A DNA stretch of 64,000 bases from Bugula neritina (Eukaryota; Animalia; Bryozoa): positions 2,987,628 through 3,051,627 of the forward strand of contig OZ037771.1 of the NCBI GenBank assembly GCA_964035545.1, written 5' to 3'. The position numbers and the translations under genes are program-made. Numbering within the stretch: position 1 is the first letter of the stretch; every line of letters begins with the position of its first letter. Below are positions 49,430 to 64,000 of this stretch, piece by piece. The notes beneath the pieces are model-generated. The model had not been told where the DNA came from. It ran no database searches and saw only the letters and a program-made list of their open reading frames with translations.

Positions 49430-52400
49430 TTAGAGGCGGATATTGTATTGGAGAACATATTGTCCGCCAGGGAACACCACGTACTTCTTCCCGAACAGGG
49501 TCATAACACCAGTAGTGGTGGAGAGGTCAGAAGATCTCTCACTCAGTCTACAACAGCGATTCCACAAATGGTTACATCCTGTTCTGTGATCTATGTTCTC
49601 TGTGCATAATACTTGGGATACACAGCCACAGTGTTATGTTATGGAAATACAGCAAAGTTTTCACATTAAACTAGCTTGCAGCTTGTCATACATTGTATTA
49701 TTTCACATAGTTAGCACCGACAAAACTTGGTAGTGAAACTTATCAGGGAATTATGAATGAAGTCCAATTGCCAAGTACAATTTCACTTGGAATTCCTGTC
49801 TATAGAGTGATAGGCTAAACAGAAACACTGTCAGATATCTGTATCAGAAGCAAGCGTTGAGAAATCCTCAACAAAAACGAGTCCAACTGAAATCAATTCT
49901 AGCCTAGCCTGAGGTCACTTACGTGTAGGAAGTGTGGTTGGAGCACGCATCCGCAATGTAGTCGCCGTAGAGGGAGGGAATGTCGGCTTTGAGAAGAGCA
50001 GGGTGGTCCACCTGATAGTCTGAGCGAATGGTTTCAGGGTCCAGCAGGTACAGTCCAGTCTATTTCACACAACAACACATTAGAGTAGTGCTGGGGAGAT
50101 AACTGCTAATATTTACTGAGGGCTCAGGAGTTATACAACAAATATGATGACTAGAGGCCCTGTATACTGTACACAGAGTACTGACTGAGACCTCAACACT
50201 ATAGCATTATTAGATACTTTCTTGGTTTACTTTACTCAGTCATGTTTGTACTTCTAGGTGAGTTTATATACAGTATAGCTGACTGCATACACTGGACTAA
50301 TGCTTGTGCTGATGAAGGGACAGTTTCACTATATAAATCAATAGGTCATTCCACTGCTTAATCACGGGCTTTCCATGGATCGATCTCCCTGAGATCGATC
50401 CATGGAAAGACTTCAAAGATCAATCTCCATCGATCTGAGCTAGTCGGTCTGTAGAACTCAAACTCAGATCGATCTCAAGGCAATAAGACCATGGAAAGAC
50501 GAAAGATCGATCTGAGAAGTAGAAAAAGGCTGTTCGCTAAAATGTCGTCTGCTAATAAAAATGATAACTTATTGTTAATTACTAAGCAAATTACTTGATA
50601 ATTATGAGAGCCACATTTTCATATGCCAAAACTTTGACTTTCAGTACTATGATTAAAAAACTCAATTATATAAAATTATAGATGGTAGAAGATACAAAAA
50701 AATCGGAGCATTTAAATTGAATTTAAATAGCTAGTAAAACTTACTTTCATTAGTTATTTGTTGCGTAATTTAAACCTAACAATCCTGTAAGTATATGAAT
50801 AATCTGCAAGACAAATATTAATTTTATATAAGCTGACAAGCTAAAATATTAAAATTAATTATCCTAAATTGGCCAAATTACTTCGAGCTAAAAGTTTCGC
50901 TGCGTAGAGTTTATAGCTGGCGTTAAATTTTAGACTATGAAAATCTTGTTTTTCAACTGCATTAGCATTTATCACTCAGATGGGTGAACCAATTATACTA
51001 TTAAAGTACCCTTCACTCGAGATCAATCCACGGAAAGCCGGTGATTATTCAAGATTGTGTGTTATTTAAAAGTTAGCAAAGTTTATACAAGCTCTAACAC
51101 ATTTATACGGGTGGTGACCTAGCGCACCCCTAGTGTACAGACACCAGACAAATGTCCACAATTGTTGGTGATGCCAGAAAATGCCTCCTGACACACCTGG
51201 CTGTTGACAACAATCATAAATAAAAATAGTTAGTTCAAATAATTTGTTTACAAAAATTACACTAAACCACAACAAATAAACAAACAATGACTCTTGGAGT
51301 TCCCCCCCCCCCTTAGGTATTGGTACACTAGTGGGATACAGTACCTCAAGGCCATAAAGGAGGTCAAGGAAACCCTGGGGTTGTGGGATCTTCTCTGTGT
51401 CCAGAGGTAGCATGTAGCAGAGCTTGTCCGTGTCGTCTTTGATCACAGAAACCTCCTGCATTATTACATAATACATTACATTACTATATAGCATGTTATT
51501 ACAAAATATATTATATCATTATACAACATAATATACTACATAATATAATATATTGTTACATAATACATACACACATGAAGAGAGAAGTTTATTATACACT
51601 TGCTAACTGCTAATTATAATCATGCTGGGTTAAAATCAATAAAAACAGGTTCCCTGTTGATGTTCCATCTAATAGTAGCTGCAGAGTGTAGCTGCAGTAT
51701 TCATTATGTCATGCCAGTGTGTGTATGTAATATCAGACTTAGCTGCAATACTGTGTGCATGTAAAACCACAGCTAGTAGTAATATCTAACTGTGCACATG
51801 CAATAGCACAGCTAGTAAGGAAGCAGTGAGTGTATACAATGTTGTGATCAGTATCACAGATGATAAGATATCCTTTTTAGTCACACAACAAGTACTGGAC
51901 TATCACAGAGATAAGACGACTTAAAAATAACACAGAGTGTATCGGCTGATAAACAAACCCGTTCGAAGTTGTGGATGAAAGTGGCCTCATCATTCTCGTC
52001 AAACTTGGGCACGTTGATCACCTCCATCTGGTCGTCAATGTCAACTTTCTCAGTCAGATTTCTCTGAGAAGAGCGTACAGGGATACTGCAAGTCCCTCTG
52101 TATCTGTTCTACAGGACAAATAGACTGGGTGGTAAAAAGCTCTCTACCATTTAGGTCTTAGGAGCAGAAGTAGAAAATTTAGATAGCCTAAGTTCTTTGA
52201 TTCTATTAACACATTTTGGGTTGATCCGCAGGTTGAAATTGAACATAACTTCTTATGCTACATTTCTAATCTAGAACGAAGGCTATCTAGTATCTAGTAT
52301 TCAGGGCTCTGAACCTAACATATAGCTCTTGTAAAATCCAGTGAAAACATAAAAGTATAGATTACTGAACAGTTGAATGCAGTTTTATAACCTTAATACA

Positions 52401-55400
52401 CTTTACATTGAACTGGAAATGTGAGCAACGTGAATATCCTGCAGCAAGCTAATAGCAAGTCTCTTCTATCCTCAAGTAAATATTTAATGTAGACTAATAA
52501 CTCAATCATTATCTGCTGCAGGTTCAAGATAGTCTAAGGACATGCGTACTTAGAACCTGTGCTAGTTCGTGCATGCGCAAGTAATCTTGTCTTGCATAAG
52601 TGATGACTGCAATGCGCACGTCTGTAGCGTTTATTTAGTAGCCAAAATCGCCTTTGTTATTTGCACATTCTTTTACTGTGTATTTGCTTGGCTAAGCCTT
52701 TACAGTGGCAGCATTGTGCACGATCAACTAGTCGGCCATGCTAAACCTATTTATATAACGACACGTGATAAGACCATGCTGATACTGGGTGATAAAAACT
52801 TCAAGAGATAAAAGCAAACAATAACATTAAGAGGAGTGACTCGACACAAATCTCACTCGAGATGACTAGAAGTGATTCGTCTAAATGTAGTACTTGTTTG
52901 ATTTAAAACCCAACTTAGCCGTTTTCTCAAAGAGTGCCATTAGCTCTATATTGCTAGCTGACCTACAGGTCAGCAGTAGTATTTGCTAATAACCATCAAC
53001 ATAATCATATATTGATTTATCATGCATTACTTGTGTGTCAATATGATTTCACTCTAAAAGTGCTGGTAGTTGGAGATACTCTACTAGTTGTTCTTATTCT
53101 CCAGGCTGACTTGAGATATAGTATCACACTGGCTTTGAACCAGTCACTCTAGAGTCTAAATTTAAGGGTCACCCGCCAGCGTGCTTTAAATTAAAGAACT
53201 CCTTTTCATCAACTCAACCTACGCCACTATAGCAAGTGCATGTAGTGCAGTACATCCACACTGCAGAAGGCAGGTATTCAAAGGTCAAACAGCCAGCTGG
53301 TAGCCATAACACTATACTTGTTAGTTTTTGCTACCCTGATACCTATAGACTGAGTGACAGTCTACACAGTTTCATTTCAACTCTGACTGCAAGACAAATC
53401 TCTAAACACCCTTCATTCTCTCCATTTCACAGCCATTGGACCAGCTCAGGAACAATGCTAGTGACTAAAAGGGAAACGCAGTATTTTGAGACACAACACG
53501 AAGGGTTATATTTTTGTCTCACAACTACCGCCAGCATACTGAACTAGCCACCACCTGTCTGAATAAAGTGACAAGTGAATTATGGGATTAATAAACTTCT
53601 GGAAAAAAGAAATAACATATTTATTCCCAATTACTTTTGTTTGATTGCAGGCCTAGTTTTGCCATTCATATAGCTAGTAATTTTTATTAATTAGTAATGA
53701 TAGAATTTCACAATTCCCATGTCCATTCTAATGTCTTGTAAACAGAAAATTCTGAAACTTTTTATATTATTCAAAACAGAGAAGTATTGAAAATTCTAAT
53801 GAAATGATTGTATTGCAATCTTTCCACACTTCCTTGTATGACATCAGCAAATTAAGCAACCAATACCCACTGGCCTACCATGATTTACTTTATGGTATTT
53901 ACAACAATAGGGTTTGATACTGCATATGGACAACTAGAATTATATATATTATAGATATTTCACAATCAAGAAATCAAAAATACCAATCTCATACAATTTC
54001 AAATGCCACAGTACATAAAGTGGGACCAGAAATAAAGTTTTAATTTGAAGCTGGAACATTATTACACTTATTTAAAACCATATTGTTTAACCTTAGCTGT
54101 CAACATGTCATGTGCAGCTCATTAACTAATTATTGATTTGGCAACATTTCCGTATACAACAAGTAGACTACTCAAAACACTACCTTGAAAAATGAACAGA
54201 AAAGTTAAACTCAAAATCATTAAAAAATTTTCCAGAAGGCCACAACTATGCTTCATACACATTAGCACTGTAATGTTTTAGTAATTATGTGAATCAGGAC
54301 AAGAAAGCTGTGTTGTCATCTGTGTTGTTATTTCACTCCTGTTTAAAGAGTCAAGTCAGCAACAGGATATATGATTTACTATGGTTTATGTACACTTATG
54401 AAGTTCAATAATAAATCTATCTAGATCTGTGTGACATACTACTAAGACATTCCCTTGCTGCTTCTATCATATAATATAATAGCATTGGGAGCCTCTTTTA
54501 GCTGCTTCACATTTTTTACAAGAGTGTGTCAGAATATATTATGACAAGTAGATAATATCTATTGATAGATCAACCAAACGATAACAACAAAAATAGTGAT
54601 GACAATGCTTGAACTTTCGTCCCCCAGTTGTGATCTTACGCCTGGTGCCTGGTACCTGCTACCTATAAAGTTTATCTAAACTTCTAAAAAGTCTTTAAAG
54701 AACTTAGTAAATAGTTGCCAGATATCAAGTTTTAGATTAGGACTTGGAATAGGAAACTGTGCATACATAACGCAAAGGAAGAGAATTGATTTTAGCACAC
54801 TAAGCAGTTGAGACAGCAGAAGTTATGTAATGGTTACCCTGTGAGAAGATCTTGTACTTTTGAAAATGTAGTAGGATCCAAGAGTGGTGAAGATCAGGCC
54901 CAGCAGGAGAAACAGCAGCATTGTTACCTTCATGCAGCCTCTTTTCCGCTGTCTTTGGGGAAACCTGGCCTGTAAAGTAGCAGGCACGGTTCATAAATAA
55001 TATTAATTTATATTGGCAGTAGTAACATTTACTGACTGGCACATTTACTTTGAGTAACAACTTTGATCCTATTGGTTTTAGGCTTGGAAAATTTGAAAAT
55101 GTTGCCAATTTTTCATTCAAGTTTTACATTGGCAATCACCATAAAATTACCGATTGATCAATAAATGTAAGCTAAAGTAGCACAACTTTTTATAGTCTTA
55201 CTTTTAGTGTCAAGATGATTGGGATTTGTGAATTGTTGCTATAACTATAAGTGTGTTACTACTAGTATTAGTTACCAGTAGCAGTATCGGCATGGATGTG
55301 AGTGTGAATCATAATCCTAAGGCTAATAATAATAAAAAATTACGATGTATGACCATCACACATCTATGGCTATTACATAGTGATTAGTGACACTTTTAGT

Positions 55401-56274
55401 CTTACAGTTACACTATACAGATACTCATACTGCAGTTCAAATCGAGACGTGAAGTTTTATAGGTTACTTCAGTTTTGAGTTTACAATACCAATAACTGAT
55501 AAAATAGGTACATCACCATTATGATGGTAATAGTAATCAGTAATGAATAATGTTTAATTAACTTATTAGTATTGCTATTACTACTAGTACTAGTATCACT
55601 ACTATAAAGTGTACTAGTAATACTATAAGTATTAGCATAACTCTAACTAAATTACTACACCAGTATCAATATATTTAATTAATATTATTTTAGTTTATGT
55701 TATTGTCCACTAATTGTTATTGTTTATCACAACCATAATCTAAATCATAATGAGTAAATCACTAATGAGTAATGAGTATGACTGTGAGTCAATGAGTACA
55801 AGTATCACTATCAGTATCAGTATCACAATGTGAATATTTAATCAACAGTATGAGTATCACAATTAATAAATCATCACTATGAACTTCAAGCTTTAATTTG
55901 TTAATGTTGGTCACCTTGCTAGTTAGTAGTCACTGTTAGTGTCAAACTATTACTATTAGTATTAGTGTTACCTCAGGACTCAGGTAACATTAACAGTAAC
56001 TATAACACTTAACATAACAGTAACTGTAAGTCAAAGTGAAACTAAACTGTGAGACTAATTCTAAAACTAAGAGTAAGAGTAAGTGTAACAATGTGGATGT
56101 GAATAAGTTAGAATAAGTGAAATATTCAAATAACATAAACAATAAACATACCTGGGTTTGGCTACCAACTTTTTCAGGGATTGTTCCATCGGTTACCGTC
56201 ACAATAACAGCATCGGGCTTAAGAGGAGTCTTTTTTGAATCAGGTGCAATGTTCTGAGTGGTTGGTATTGTCAT
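49430..56274 (-). CDS. Integral membrane protein 2 (ITM2/BRI2-like, BRICHOS domain), type II membrane protein, ~256 aa
   Basis: Exons 56152-56274, 54838-54969, 51959-52108, 51345-51455, 49923-50059, 49430-49547 in frame. TM VTMLLFLLLGLIFTTLGSYYIF. ITM2 motifs EVINVPKFDENDEATFIHNFE, IKD..KLCYMLPLD, and second BRICHOS Cys in YGDYIADACSNHTSY. Confidence 0.88.
50360..51046. mobile_element. Non-autonomous DNA transposon/MITE (~690 bp) with 28-bp TIRs
   Basis: Left AATCACGGGCTTTCCATGGATCGATCTC versus the reverse complement of the right end AATCACCGGCTTTCCGTGGATTGATCTC (3 mismatches); repeated subterminal GATCGATCT and CCATGGAAAGAC motifs. Confidence 0.8.
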
Positions 56275-56394
56275 ATTTCAGCCGTTAAGATAATCTTTTC
56301 ACAAGAAACCGTTTCACCGCAGCGCTCAGTAAAATTCCAAACGTACAGGGAGGTACTACTGGATTCTAATTTTGTAAACAAATGCGGAATGCCT

Positions 56395-56520
56395 TGTTGC
56401 GAAACTTGGGCAGTTATCCAATCTATAAGCTGATTGGTCACAACAAAAGGTTAAAGATCACAATAAAAGTTGCGCCAACCAAGAATCGCTAGCCGCACGC
56501 CTCGCCAAACTGAGTGGACA
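56395..56520 (-). promoter_or_regulatory. Probable ITM2 promoter region with CCAAT boxes
   Basis: CCAAT at ~56419 and CTGATTGG at ~56430; locally CpG-richer, 120-250 bp upstream of the ATG. Confidence 0.4.
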
Positions 56521-57284
56521 ACTCGATGACAAGAATTGCTGGACATCCAGTGGTGGCATAAGCCCAAATCCATGATATGATCCAAGTATGATCACTGCAT
56601 TTCGATGAACGGCAAAGATTTGAGTCTATAGTTGTAAGCATTTGATTAAGTCATTATAGAGTATAAATGAAACATTATGTTGAGCAATGGCTAATAGTGT
56701 GTGCGCTTCCCCAGCATGTATGCTTTTGGAACTAATTAATTTTTGATGCATAATTGTTAAATTAAAATAATTTCAAGAGGATGGCCGAAACATGGTTTGA
56801 ATGCCACATAATTATAAAAGCCATAAAATCACTTTACAAACATTACAACTATTGTTGGCACTATAATCATGATAGGTATAGATTTATTCGACTTTATAAT
56901 TGTAAGCTTTGCTTTGAGGGTTTGTCCAAATTTTTAAAAATTTGCAGCAGAAAAGTAAAACTTTTAAGTGAGTCAAGTCAGCTAGCACAGTCATTAACTT
57001 TGCAAGTAAACAAAGTAGAGAAATTTTAAGTTATAATACCTGAAAGTATTTGAGTAAAAGCTGATTGCGCACAAATGAACTAGGGTGGCCTACTTTAGCA
57101 AATAAATATCAACAAATGTAGTGGCATGTTTTAGTAAATTATATTTTGTGTTGTTTTATAATCACAACTCACAAAGCTTGATTATAAGAATCACATAATA
57201 ATCTGCAAAAAAAATCACTCTTCTCAACATAAATAGACAAAGATCAAACTCTAGCCAGTGTTAGATTGGTTATATCTGGTTATT

Positions 57285-59060
57285 TCATGAGTCGTTTGCA
57301 TAATCAGCTGGATTCTTCCTAGACAGCTGGGCATTCTTCTCATTTCCATATTTTATCAGCATATATCCAGCGATAAAGGCTACAGAACAGACAATATTAA
57401 ACAACTATTAAAAGTTGACATCAAGTCAGTATATAATTTAATCTCAATGTATAAACATTGATAGCCAGAAAATTGAAAATGTGTTGATATTATGACAGGC
57501 AAGTTCTTTGAGTTTCTTCAGTTCGAGTTGAAAATTATTTCCTTTCAAACATTTTTGGAACTACAACATCAGCCGTCAATTTTTTTTAGATTCAGTGCGG
57601 TTTCTTGAAAAGATAATTATCCAACTTTCCCTTATATTATATTACACGCAACTTGCTGCGTCTGCTTTAGCAATTATGGTGAAAAGTTAACCAGGTGTGG
57701 GCTAGATTGATGAGTGCTGATTTAAAAATAGATGCAACTTTCAGCAACAACCTGGAGAATATAATGTCCACCACCAAATATCCCAACTCCATATCACAAA
57801 ATGTTTCGCAACTATCCCAAATGATTGAAAATACAGCAATTCACTTTAGAAATGTGAATCAAGTGAAAAGTAGCTTTAAACTAGTCTCAAAAGCAGTTGA
57901 ACTAATCATAGCTTTATGAAATGGTGTGCCAGCTTATCATTGTTCCCAAAAGAGCTACACGAATTTCAAGTACAGAATTTAAACACCAGTGTTCCTTAAG
58001 CATAACTTCTTATTTGTAATTCAGTTCTGCGACCAGCTAGAATAAAACGTGTAAAAGTGTTACTATGACCAGTATTTTCACTTCCAACACAGCTATTCAT
58101 CCCTTAATCAGAATCTAACCATAAACATGGAGATAGTTGCCTTCACTAGTGAAGGAGGGAGAGTGATATCTCTCTTTCATGTGCCCTATGTTAGAGTGAC
58201 ATCACAAATGTATTTAGGTTGCTGACTCTTTTCAGGTTTTTGCTACAACTGGCAGCTTTGCATCGATAATCTGCAGGTGCATGTGAAGTGTAGTGCCTGC
58301 TGCCACTAAAATCTTCATTTCATTCAATTTATTTAATTACTCCAGTCAACTCTCTTTAATTACAAGAGTGCATTAAATTGAAGAGTGCAAAATTAAAACT
58401 TAATAATAAAACTATTCTTTAAACCAATCATGGTTTAAAATGAAAGTCAGTTTTTATGATTGAAACTAATATCTGAAATAAAATCAGCTATTGACCGAAC
58501 AAAGAAGGAAGTTCAGCAAGAGCAGGCTCCGTATGAGTGCCACGTGATAAACAGCTGGTGAAGTAATCAATTTCAAGACAGATAAAATCGCTCAACTCAT
58601 GAGAAAGAGGCAACAACTCTCAATAAAAACACCGATGCAGGAAACAATAGGGACAACTTTTATTTAGATAGTTTCATACCATGACTAGAACAAAACCACC
58701 AGTAATGACTTTTCAATTTAAACTTGCCTATCACAAGTTTATGAAACAGATTTAGGTTGACAATCATTTTTTAAAAATGTCATAGTGAAATTACACAGAG
58801 CGTTACTTGCTATATAGCATACTTAAAAAAGTACTACAAACTACATAAAGTACTGACGAGTGATTACATATATAATACAAAGTACTACATATATTATAAT
58901 ACTTACGAGGCACAATATAGAATATCTGTGAATATACTCTTTTAGCCATGAGAGGAACTCCTTTAGAAAAGAATCCCGCAAAGGGATTCTGTTCGTAAGC
59001 AGACAGCGTAAAGCGAGTCATACCTCTCTGGTACGAGATTTTACCAAACTCACGACCCAT
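57285..59060 (-). CDS. UQCRQ: Cytochrome b-c1 complex subunit 8 (QCR8), 82 aa
   Basis: Exons 58907-59060 and 57285-57379 give MGREFGKISYQRGMTRFTLSAYEQNPFAGFFSKGVPLMAKRVYSQIFYIVPPFIAGYMLIKYGNEKNAQLSRKNPADYANDS, with hallmark MGREFG and RKNPA.Y.ND. An acceptor just before the ATG implies an upstream UTR exon. Confidence 0.95.
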
Positions 59061-62057
59061 GCTGCAGGAGAACCGAAAGTTATTTGTCACAATTCAATTT
59101 TATTTAAAGATAAAAATTTCATATTTGGTGAAAGAATGCACCAGACAACATAAAATATAGTAATGCACATGCATAACTAATCTCAACAACACACTTAAGA
59201 GTTGAAAGTTATTACAAAAAACAGTTGATTTCTAAATAACTGTGAAAATATGTCATTGAAAAAAGAGTCGTCGTTACTACATTATGTAATGTGATGAATA
59301 TGTGCGACTAGAAAATATTTTAGATTTCATATACCATAAAAATACATTTTCAAGCAAATCTCTTTCAATTTCAAATATAAGAAACTGTGAATAGCTTTTA
59401 AAATGACACGCATGCCACAATTTCACTGAGGGAAATTAACAATTGAAACAGGAACTTCAACGTTAAGTTTCTCATGATCATGCAAATAATACTTCATTTG
59501 TAGAAAGTTAAAAGCTATGACTGCCCTAATACTTGAATTCATACTAATGATGCAGATATAAAAATCCCAAACTAAAAAATTATAAGATTAAAAATGTTGA
59601 GAAACTTTGTATTGTATAAGTTCAGCAGTGAGTAGACTAGAGTAAGTGTAGAGTAAAGATAAAGTAGTAGAGGTACGAGCAGTACCAACATTTTAATTTT
59701 TTCCTATCCTGATGATTTATTTAAAGTTATGACACTCATTAGATTACAATACTCTACTCCTTGCCTTTAGCATGTTTTATTAAACTTGAAGTGTAAAGAG
59801 CTTCGGTTTAATTTACTCATTTTAATTTTATACATTTAATCATCTAGTTTTATATAATCTATTAAAACTAATTAAGTTTAAGTAAACCACCAGAACTCTA
59901 GAGTAATCGCAATGATATTTTTATGATTTCTATAATAAGTGTGATTATGACCAGCGCATCACTCCAAGAGTCAACAAAGGGACCAAAATCCAGAGTTTAT
60001 TAAATTAAAGACAAAATTAGTACACAAAATTCCAAAGATTGAAGCTCGCAATAATATTTTATCTTTTAGTTATGATGAGATCATCAACAGCCGATTAAAC
60101 ATAAACATGACTACTAGAGCTGCGAGCAGAGAACAGTGACCGAACAATGCGCAAAGATGAATATTTACCACAAACTTTTGATTTTCCTTTCTTGAACAAT
60201 ACAAGACTTGAGAATAAATACTTTCAAGTAACAACTAATCAGTGACGTGTTGATTCACCTAAAGTTAATACTTAATACAGTATAAATTAAATGGGGCAGT
60301 TAACTTACATATTTTGTGATCATTACTAACAGCAATTCACTAATTCAATAATTGATATTAAATTTGATAATAATATCAATTGTGATACTGAAAGTCACAC
60401 TTAAACTCAATCTCATAGTCATAGTGATAGTCTTAGTGATACTCATAACTCATAAGTTTGTTAGAAATGGGCACTCATATTGCCTATTAGTATTGGCTAT
60501 TGGACAATGACGTTCACGGTTCATACTAAATTATCACTATCATAAATTATAATAATATATTTATAACACAAGTATAACGAGAAGTGGATGCTTTAAACTT
60601 GATCATTAAATGATTAATTTTGAATTTGATGAGACACTCACACTGACAGTGACTGTAAGTCATACTAAAACTAAAAGTAAAAGTAAAACACTTTAAGTTT
60701 AAATGTAAATTAGCTAAACGCTACAATAGTGAGTACAAAAATAATTCAAAATGAAAATAAGAATTCTAAGTCACATAATCATTATCTTAATGATAATCAT
60801 ATACAATTACATTGGACTTTTATTTTATAAATATAATTATGAAATAAAACCCCTATTTAATTTACACTGATTCAGATTGTCAAATTGAACTAGAACGATT
60901 GGTACAGTATACCGGGTAGTCCGAGTATAAAAAGATTTAGTATTCTAGACATATTAAATAAAATAAAACATCTTGCGTGCGAGCACTGCGGTGCAACTGT
61001 ATGACAAATGTAAGAATTTGAAATGGTTACTTTACAGCCTTAGTGTGGTGTAAATCGTTGCATTCTCCGACATGTTTATGGGTAGTCACAATCGATTCGA
61101 TAATATTAGAATAACATAAAAGAAAGAATATGCTAAGTTCAAAAATCATGTTGAGCTACTATTGCGTTTCATTACAACAGTTTGTATTCACATGTGACAT
61201 TCACAAATAGTAGTTATAGTTTATTATCATTTTATTATATTTTATTAATGTTTAAAGTTAATTATTATTATAATTATAACTAGTACTATTTTTAGGTTAG
61301 TGTAAACCTAAAACATTGTTATTAAATTAAAAATATCATTAATAAGTAATACTGTTACTATTACTAACTATTAGTATTACCATTGATTTACTTTTACTTT
61401 TAGTATTACATTAAGTTTTACTATAAAGTATACATAGTAAAATACTTATATAAAAATACATTAATATCCAAAATTAAAATATATTTTAAATTAAAATATT
61501 ATTAAATTCAATTGTTAGTTGACTTTGAAGTTTAAACATTGCATTTAATTTTAATAGTAATAGTAAATGTAATTAGTAATTCAGTAATTGTAAATATTGA
61601 TGCAAATATTTTAATTACCATTCAGGTTATACTAATAGTTATAGTTATAATAATAATTACTAATTAGATTGATTGATTATTCACCTATGGTTTTATTACA
61701 ATATAAGTACATTTATACTAATACTAATAGTAGTTATAAATCATAGAGTTAGATTCATAGAAAATACATAAAAATCATATAATTTCAAGTTCATTGAAGT
61801 TAGAGTTTTGCAATGAAACATCAGTGCAGCATACCTCAAAAATCAAATAAACATACTCACATTGATATTTTATATGAAATTAGAGTTTCAGTTCACTTTT
61901 GTATATATTTATAACTGTAGTTTGTTACTGTTTAGTTAGTCTTACAATATTATAATTATATTTACAGGCACATGAGACTGTTGATGTAACTCGGTAGGAG
62001 TACTTGAAAGAGTGGTAATAACTGACAATAACTGAATATTACTAGATTCTTCCTATA

Positions 62058-63187
<1,130 letters not shown>

Positions 63188-64000
63188 CACTAATAAATCA
63201 AAACTCATTGTGAAATAGTTTCTCAATCTTGGTGATAACAAGAATACAGCAGTTATTAATGTTTGTTTTATTATGCTTATTCATCTCAGTCATCAACGAT
63301 TTCCGAGTATGTGGGCATGAAGATTCTCTGTTGAAAAGTGCTATTTTCAATACTCCCCAAGAAGTTTATGCCATTATTGTATTATTATTAACTTTTTTAT
63401 TTTCTATTGATGACTAAATTTTTGAGAGTTACTAACAAAGTTTGTAAATTAAACACCAGTATTGACTTATAAGACAGATAATCATAGTCATAATAGAGTA
63501 TGGCTTTCGTATTGACTTCATGGCTCTTTGTTTTAAGCATTGTTTGCTTCATTGTTGAAGCAGAGCCACCGCAGTTTTCATTGTTTATTCTTGAAAATAT
63601 TGTTATCTTATTGATGTGTGTTTGAATATTTCTTGTAACTCCCACTTTAGCAGTGAAAGGCTGTGTAAATAAAGCAACAAGTCAACTAACTGATGGCTTA
63701 CTATTTTCAACTTTTGATATCTTTATTCTCTCTGAATGTTGTTCCAGGTAAGTTCTGTTACCGTAGCATACCCTTACCAATAATATTTAATAAATATGTT
63801 TATATTACTATTATATTTAGTCATTATTTAAATGTAATGCTAATAACTCTGTTAAACCATTAGAATTGTGTTTCACAAGGCAATAATGTTGATATTTATT
63901 TGAAATATTTGAGCTTTTGTTCTAATTAATAACTAAAGCTTACTTGAATTGCAAAATTTAACTCATCATTCTCATAGCCATTATCAAACATGACATTGTA

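Noticed and set aside
49370-49609. 79-aa + strand ORF
   Set aside because: Antisense to the ITM2 last exon; no recognisable motif.
52500-53560. Short + strand ORFs in the ITM2 intron as a nested gene
   Set aside because: No recognisable domain or consistent splice chain.
63229-63760. Short ORFs and a CAG|GTAAGT site after DNAJC19
   Set aside because: No recognisable protein; cannot be linked to a gene within the window.

Overview
AT-rich, intron-rich eukaryotic DNA from an invertebrate animal; the exact taxon cannot be determined from this window. Manual splice-site reading on both strands recovers eight multi-exon protein-coding genes with in-frame junctions. On +: a GT31 beta-1,3-galactosyltransferase (467-3424), a MEGF9-like FN3/laminin-EGF single-pass membrane protein (4615-~13779), a secreted NHL-like beta-propeller protein with a TATA/CCAAT promoter (19143-21382), and DNAJC19/TIM14 (62058-63187). 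On -: an SLC5A6/8/12-type Na+/solute symporter (22728-32611), an INF2-type formin with a predicted N-acylated extension and one GC-AG intron (34249-47944), an ITM2/BRICHOS protein (49430-56274), and UQCRQ (57285-59060), which is head-to-head with DNAJC19. Introns carry a tRNA-derived SINE family (one inverted pair in a single intron), two MITE-like elements, long microsatellites and many minisatellites. The most unusual signals are (i) minisatellites built from copies of the adjacent splice signals, including about 17 extra 5' donors, a donor-containing perfect palindrome and repeated branch-point/pyrimidine units; (ii) a 20-bp array whose internal variation falls only in the NN of CANNTG E-boxes fused to RORE-consensus sites; and (iii) degenerate 6-bp-periodic tracts near the 5' ends of five genes. 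Most entries in the supplied ORF track are repeat or antisense artefacts. All family assignments rest on recalled motifs; no database searches were run.
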